Below are positions 57,466 through 64,000 of a DNA stretch of 64,000 bases, one piece after another. The notes below the pieces were generated by a model. It was not told the origin of the DNA. It made no database searches and was given only the letters and a program-made list of their open reading frames with translations. The DNA lies in the NCBI GenBank assembly GCA_012295275.1, contig CM022665.1, positions 47,988,001 to 48,052,000 of the forward strand. Direction: 5' to 3'. Made by a program: the position numbers and the translations under genes. This DNA comes from Chrysomallon squamiferum. Lineage: Eukaryota > Animalia > Mollusca. Position 1 is the first letter of the stretch; each line of letters starts with the position of its first letter.

Positions 57466-58081
57466 CTGAACCCCAGTTTAGAAAGATTGTCCGTACTCAG
57501 TCTGTGTTGTAAGCCTCCTGTCTAGACAGTTATTATAATCTTACATTCACTTTCATCTCAACATAATATCAAATAAAATATTTAATTATATATTTATTTA
57601 TATATTTATTATATATTTATTTATATATTTATTATATACTTATTTATATATTTATTATATATTTATTTACTTATTTACTTACTTAATCACTGATTTAATT
57701 TATTTTCTTTCTTTCTTTCTTAGCTCTACTTACCTTTTTATCATTTGTTTGTATTCTTTTTATCATTTGTTTGTATTCTTTTCATCATCTGTTTTTATTC
57801 TTTTTATCATCTGTTTTTATTCTTTTTATCATCTGTTTGTATTCTTTTTATCATTTGTTTGTATTCTTTTTATCATTTGTTTGTATTCGCTTTCTGCACA
57901 CATTCGCATCATCACGTGGCTTCTTTCTTGACTCACAAACTCCGTCCGCAGTTTCTCTAATAATTTATAAATGTCAAATTACAACAAGTATTTCTTCATC
58001 GGTAAACAAATATTTTCACCCTTGTGATCATGATTTACCCTGAATCTAACAAAATGTTTCTTGCCAACAGCAGCAAGCCAG

Positions 58082-58120
<39 letters not shown>

Positions 58121-58159
58121 CATGCTGTGTAACCATTCTGTGCCTTCGGTGCAGGGTTC

Positions 58160-58173
58160 GTTGCTATAGAAAC
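58160..58173. promoter_or_regulatory. Candidate RFX X-box within the CpG-rich promoter/5' UTR of exon B
   Basis: GTTGCTATAGAAAC inside a GC/CpG-rich island at ~58070-59040. Confidence 0.45.
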
Positions 58174-58633
58174 CGCCATTCCGCGAGCGCGGTGCGGCGC
58201 GTATTGATCGCGCGGAGTTTCACGTGTGTAGAGCCCCGCCAGACGCTTCACCGCCAAGTCCGTTCCACTCGCAGGCGAGAGAGAGAGAGAGCTTCAACTT
58301 TCCCTTTTCATTTCCCTCCGCGCTTTCTTCTCCTCAGCGTGTCAGTCGATATCTGGCTGTCGTATAAATGCTGAATGTCGTCGTAGTGGCGCTCACTCCA
58401 GCGACTGGAGAGCACGCAGTATCGGAGAGAGGCAGACGCGTGGCGGGCTGCTAGCAGTGTTCACAGACTCGCACTTCTCGGCCGTCGAGCTCGCTGATAA
58501 AAACATGTGTACGGAGTAACATGCCCAGCATCTTGGATTCGGTTGAACACGGGAACGCACTGTACGGGAGATGTGGGATGAAAGGGGATAGAGAAGACCG
58601 CCCAGTCACGCAGTCCAGAGGGCAAGGGGGAGA

Positions 58634-59045
58634 ATGCTTAAGAAGAAGGGTCTCCCCCCAGTGTCGGGCGAAGTTGTCATTTTAACGCTGTGTCTGGTGT
58701 TGGTGCTGATCACGCTGTCGCAGATTCTCGTCGTCCACCACAAGTTCAGTGGGAGGTACGCCAAGGTGACGCGAACTCGCGGACCTCGGGCCCGACACGA
58801 ACTTCGTCAGCTGGAGCGGAGTCTGGCGAGTCTGATGCGACAGAACATCCCCTCCCTGCAGCAGCACTCGCAGCTCCTCCGTAACCAGGTGTTTGTCAGC
58901 CGCATTTCTCAACTCATCCACAAGTCAGCCGCGGAGACAGTGGTTAGTCTGTCTGACAGCAACAGCAGCAACAACAACTCTTCTCGCGGATTTAAAACAT
59001 CGTCTTCCAAACCTGCCGTCTGTGCCGTTGTGCCTGATTCATTAA
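58634..59045 (+). CDS. Alternative first coding exon B of the same probable GT7 glycosyltransferase
   Basis: MLKKK cytoplasmic tail, TM VVILTLCLVLVLITLSQILVV, helical stem, ending AVCAVVPDSL A|gtaagt (phase 1); shares the N.V.V.RIS..I motif with exon A. Confidence 0.65.
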
Positions 59046-59087
59046 GTAAGTACACGCGAACCCAGATATTTACTATTTAATAGTATA

Positions 59088-59142
<55 letters not shown>

Positions 59143-60100
59143 CATTATCATACGTGTAAAAAGAAACTGTTTATGTTTAATGACGGTATTTTCATGTCCG
59201 CACTACGCTACTTAACTGTTCATTCAAATTAATTTAATCATACGTTATAAAATTCAAGAGCATCTCGAAACTGTTTATGTTTAATGACGGTATTTTCATG
59301 TCCGCACTACGCTACTTAACTGTTCAGTACTTAACAAATTAATTTAATCATCACAATTATAATAATTCAAGAGCATCTCGCAAACTGGCTAATACATTAA
59401 TGATACATAACGAGCACTGGCAACTCGTGCAAACTGCTGGAAATTATTTTTAATTAACAGTGTGATAATTTAGGTCGTTTTGAAACACCTATCCAGTGAC
59501 ACGGGATAAATACAAACAGTCGTAGACTTGACCCTGGTCATTTCAGACAGAAAGGAAATACAAACAGAATTCGAAATTTAAGATGTACTTTCACTGCAAA
59601 TAAAACTTTTAATCTACGGTTGTAACGTCATACGTATGGTTCGGGGGGCAGGCGTATAGCTAGAGAAGAAACCCGATGTGATTACGTGAATACTGTTGTT
59701 TTTTAATTAACAGAATTCGATAATTTATAGACGTCTTTCAAGTAATTTGAAAGCTCCTATTATTACAGACATTGGTAAGCGAGTTTTGTACTGAAATACA
59801 AACAGAATTCGATAATTTATAGATGTCTCAGGCCATCCGTAATAATCTCCGCTTTTAATTCAAACGTACGAGTCAGGGCAGCAAATTTATGCGTTATCAT
59901 ACTCAGATTATATATATTAAACACAAGCTGGTATAAAAAGATACATCAGTATATCAGATGTCAGCATTAAAGCTGTTTCAAACACTGAATATATTAATCA
60001 GCACTAGTAATGCATAAATCAGTGTAATGAACACATGAATCAACTTATTAAGTAGGTAAATTAAAATATTAAATGCATGAATCAAGGTAGCAAATATATG

Positions 60101-60131
<31 letters not shown>

Positions 60132-60444
60132 TTATATGTGTGTGTGTATAGCTATATCACATATATATAGATATATATATACATATTTTAGTATTATGAT
60201 TATTATTATTATATATGTGTGTGTATAAAAATATATATATATATACAAACACATATATAATAATAATAATAAAATATACACACACATACATATATGCACA
60301 TACACACATATATACACACACACGTTTGTGACTACTCATTTATGAATGATGTCAGTGTAGAGTGGGTGGGTGGATGTTTTTCATGTACGTTTTAGTGCGG
60401 GTGAACGTGTTTACAACGTATAATATTACAACGTATAATATTAC

Positions 60445-62297
60445 AACCTATAAAGGTGTAAGTTTTAGTTCTTGTATTGTTAGAACGTTTAAAGGTGTGA
60501 GTTTTAGTTTGTATATTGTTAGAATGTACAAAGATGTAAGTTTTAGTTTGTATATTATTAGAATGTACAAAGATATAAGTTTTAGTTTGTATATTGTTAG
60601 AATGTACCAAGATGTAAGTTTTAGTTTGTATATTATTAGAATGTTTAAAGATGTGAGTTTTAGTTTGTATATTGTTAGAACGTTTAAAGGTGTGAGTTTT
60701 AGTTTGTATATTGTTAGAATGTTTAAAGGTGTGAGTTTTAGTTTGTATATTATTAGAACGTTTAAAGGTGTGAGTTTTAGTTTGTATATTATTAGAACGT
60801 TTAAAGGTGTGAGTTTTAGTTTGTATATTGTTAGAATGTACAAAGGTGTGAGTTTTAGTTTGTATATTATTAGAACGTTTAAAGGTGTGAGTTTTAGTTT
60901 GTATATTGTTAGAATGTACAAAGGTGTGAGTTTTAGTTTGTATATTGTTAGAATGTACAAAGGTGTGAGTTTTAGTTTGTATATTGTTAGAATGTTTAAA
61001 GATGTAAGTTTTAGTTTGTATATTGTTAGAATGTACAAAGATGTAAGTTTTAGTTTGTATATTGTTAGAATGTTTAAAGGTGTGAGTTTTAGTTTGTATA
61101 TTATTAGAACGTTTAAAGGTGTGAGTTTTAGTTTGTATATTGTTAGAATGTACAAAGATGTGAGTTTTATTTTGTATATTGTTAGAATGTACAAAGGTGT
61201 GAGTTTTAGTTTGTATATTATTAGAACGTTTAAAGGTGTGAGTTTTAGTTTGTATATTGTTAGAATGTACAAAGGTGTGAGTTTTAGTTTGTATATTGTT
61301 AGAATGTACAAAGGTGTGAGTTTTAGTTTGTATATTATTAGAACGTTTAAAGGTGTGAGTTTTATTTTGTATATTGTTAGAATGTACAAAGATGTGAGTT
61401 TTAGTTTGTATATTGTTAGAATGTACAAAAATGTAAGTTTTAGTTTGTATATAGTTTGTATATTGTTAGAATGTACAAAGATGTGAGTTTTAGTTTGTAT
61501 ATTGTTAGAATGTTTAAAGGTGTGAGTTTTAGTTTGTATATTGTTAGAATGTACAAAGGTGTGAGTTCTAGTTTGTATATTGTTAGAATGTTTAAAGATG
61601 TAAGTTTTATTTTGTATATTGTTAGAACGTTTAAAGGTGTGAGTTTTATTTTGTATATTATTAGAATGTTTAAAGGTGTGAGTTTTAGTTTGTATATTGT
61701 TAGAATGTTTAAAGGTGTGAGTTTTATTTTGTATATTGTTAGAATGTTTAAAGGTATGAGTTTTATTTTGTATATTGTTAGAATGTTTAAAGGTGTAAGT
61801 TTTATTTTGTATATTGTTAGAATGTTTAAAGGTGTGAGTTTTAGTTTGTATATTGTTAGAATGTTTAAAGGTGTGAGTTTTATTTTGTATATTGTTAGAA
61901 TGTTTAAAGGTATGAGTTTTATTTTGTATATTGTTAGAATGTTTAAAGGTGTAAGTTTTATTTTGTATATTGTTAGAATGTACAAAGGTGTGAGTTTTAG
62001 TTTGTATATTATTAGAACGTTTAAAGGTGTGAGTTTTATTTTGTATATTATTAGAATATACAAAGATGTAAGTTTTAGTTTGTATATTATTAGAACGTTT
62101 AAAGGTGTGAGTTTTATTTTGTATATTATTAGAATATACAAAGATGTAAGTTTTAGTTTGTATATTGTTAGAACGTTTAAAGGTGTGAGTTTTAGTTTGT
62201 ATATTATTAGAATATACAAAGTTGTAAGTTTTATTTTGTATATTATTAGAACGTTTAAAGGTGTGAGTTTTAGTGTTGAATGTATATTATTAGAATG
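60445..62297. repeat. 42-bp satellite, ~44 copies
   Basis: Unit aaaggtgtgagttttagtttgtatattgttagaatgt(ac/tt); explains four spurious long ORFs. Confidence 0.95.
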
Positions 62298-63239
62298 AAT
62301 AATGGTGTGTGGGAAGTGTTAATTTTGCCACTCATGTAAATGCAGGGTGGGTTTGAGATATCACAATGATTTAAGTGTCTGAATGATGATTTAAGTGTCT
62401 GAATGATGATTTAAGTGTCTGAATGATAGGTGTAACGAGGCTGTTGTTACACTACAGATGAAAGAAAACTAACTTGTAACGCAACCGACGTAACCCACGC
62501 ATTCGCCGTAATCAAATTTTTAAAAGTCACGTAGCGCGTTGTCATGGAAACAGAGCAAGGTTTTCAATCACGTGCAAGAAGAAATGAAGCCGCCTGACGT
62601 TTTCGTTTTTAAATTTTTTTTTTTTTTTTTTTTTTTGCAATCAATAAATGTACGAGTGATCTTGTTGAACAGTGATGGAGAACGGAAATCAGCAGTCTCA
62701 CTGCAGCTGTTCAGTTCTTATTTTATTATTTTTATTATTGTTGTTGTTGCTATTATCGTTTTATACGACCTCAAGAGTACACAGCTATGAATGACAAGTT
62801 CAGTTAGCACTCGAAAACATGTTTCGTTCATTCATTCATTCATTCATTCATTCAATTATTTATTTTATTTTATTTTATTTTATTTTATATTATTTTAATT
62901 ATTAGTAGTAGTATATTCATTTTCATTATTACTGATGTTGTTGTTGTTGTTGCTGTTACAAACTGTTATTGTTTCTGCTGTTGATGTCATTGTTGTTGGT
63001 TGTGGTGATGGTGGTGGTGTTCATGTTAATCATATTTATGTTACGTTAAATAAAACACGGGCGGATATTTTAAAGCGATTTTCAAAGAAAAAAACAGAGC
63101 GTCTGTCGAATACTCTAATTACACACTCGAAACAAAACATCACTGGTGTGTTGTTGTTGATCCAGCTTAATGTAGTTACTCTCTTCCAATGAAAAACAGT
63201 ATAACGCTAAATGACAGATTAATAGTTTTATTGATTTTT

Positions 63240-63242
63240 AAT

Positions 63243-63280
<38 letters not shown>

Positions 63281-63386
63281 TATATTAATAAAAATAATAT
63301 TATTATAATAGTTATTATTATTATTATTTTATTATTATTTTACTGTTATTATTGTTATTATTATTTTACTGTTATTATTGTTATTA

Positions 63387-63426
<40 letters not shown>

Positions 63427-63494
63427 GTTGTTTTGTTTTGTTTTTCCTTCTTTTTTATTATTTTATTTATTATTTATTTATTTATTTACTTATA

Positions 63495-63528
<34 letters not shown>

Positions 63529-63620
63529 TTAACCTCATTTAACCATATTTAATAATATTAATAATAATGTAATAATAATAATAACAGCAACAACAATAAT
63601 TATGATCGTGATGATGATGG
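63240..63620. repeat. (AAT)/(ATT) microsatellite and low-complexity tract
   Basis: Directly visible. Confidence 0.85.
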
Positions 63621-64000
63621 AGGTGAGATACAAATATATCGTTCTACCTTTGTTATTACTGTGAAAACACCGCTGTGTATGTTTATAACCTGCTACGTTA
63701 TGGACGTGTTGTGATTTGAGAGATGTACATTCTGCTGTGATTATGTCATGTTGTTCTGAACTGTCAGGTCTTGCATGTATATCTGCATCTAAATCTCGCA
63801 AATCTTTGTTTCCCGTTAATCGTTTTTCCGGTGGGATAACGAAAAAATATACTGCCATATAATTATGTTCATTGTAAATTTGAAAGAGCCTGTCTTACTA
63901 GAAAACCCCTGGCAATGCACAAAAGATGCTGTAATATATTCTGTTTGCCATGAACCTGGGTATTCAAAAATGCGTAGCACACGACTGGGTCTGGATCTCA

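Noticed and set aside
60362-62298. Long ORFs of 259-374 aa on both strands
   Set aside because: Translations of the 42-bp satellite; open only because the unit is a multiple of 3
63535-64000. 107-aa minus-strand ORF and complex sequence at the window end
   Set aside because: No recognisable motif; the frame is closed upstream and ends in a microsatellite; cannot be assigned without flanking sequence

Overview
AT-rich, intron-rich animal genomic DNA, most consistent with a mollusc or other lophotrochozoan (inferred from the lustrin/WAP/Kunitz gene and the repeat landscape). Manual splicing gives six + strand genes. (1) CTU1, lacking its first exon. (2) A secreted multidomain Cys-rich protein with FOLN-like, lustrin, WAP and Kunitz domains. 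(3) CSTF2. (4) MPC1, with a 4-nt microexon and two candidate terminal exons. (5) A C6orf118-like TSNAXIP1_N protein. (6) Two paralogous type-II-membrane first exons of a probable GT7 beta-1,4-galactosyl/GalNAc-transferase. The window also holds a decayed hAT/ZNF862-like transposase, a hAT-type MITE and many minisatellites. The most striking signal is that the minisatellites are unrelated in sequence yet repeatedly built from gene punctuation. In four genes, tandem arrays copy the 3' splice acceptor plus the first 6-40 nt of the exon, up to about 34 times, and the real exon is always the last copy. Other arrays copy splice donors or the stop-codon region. Most ORFs in the supplied track are repeat artefacts. 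All coordinates and copy numbers were read by eye and may be off by a few bases.
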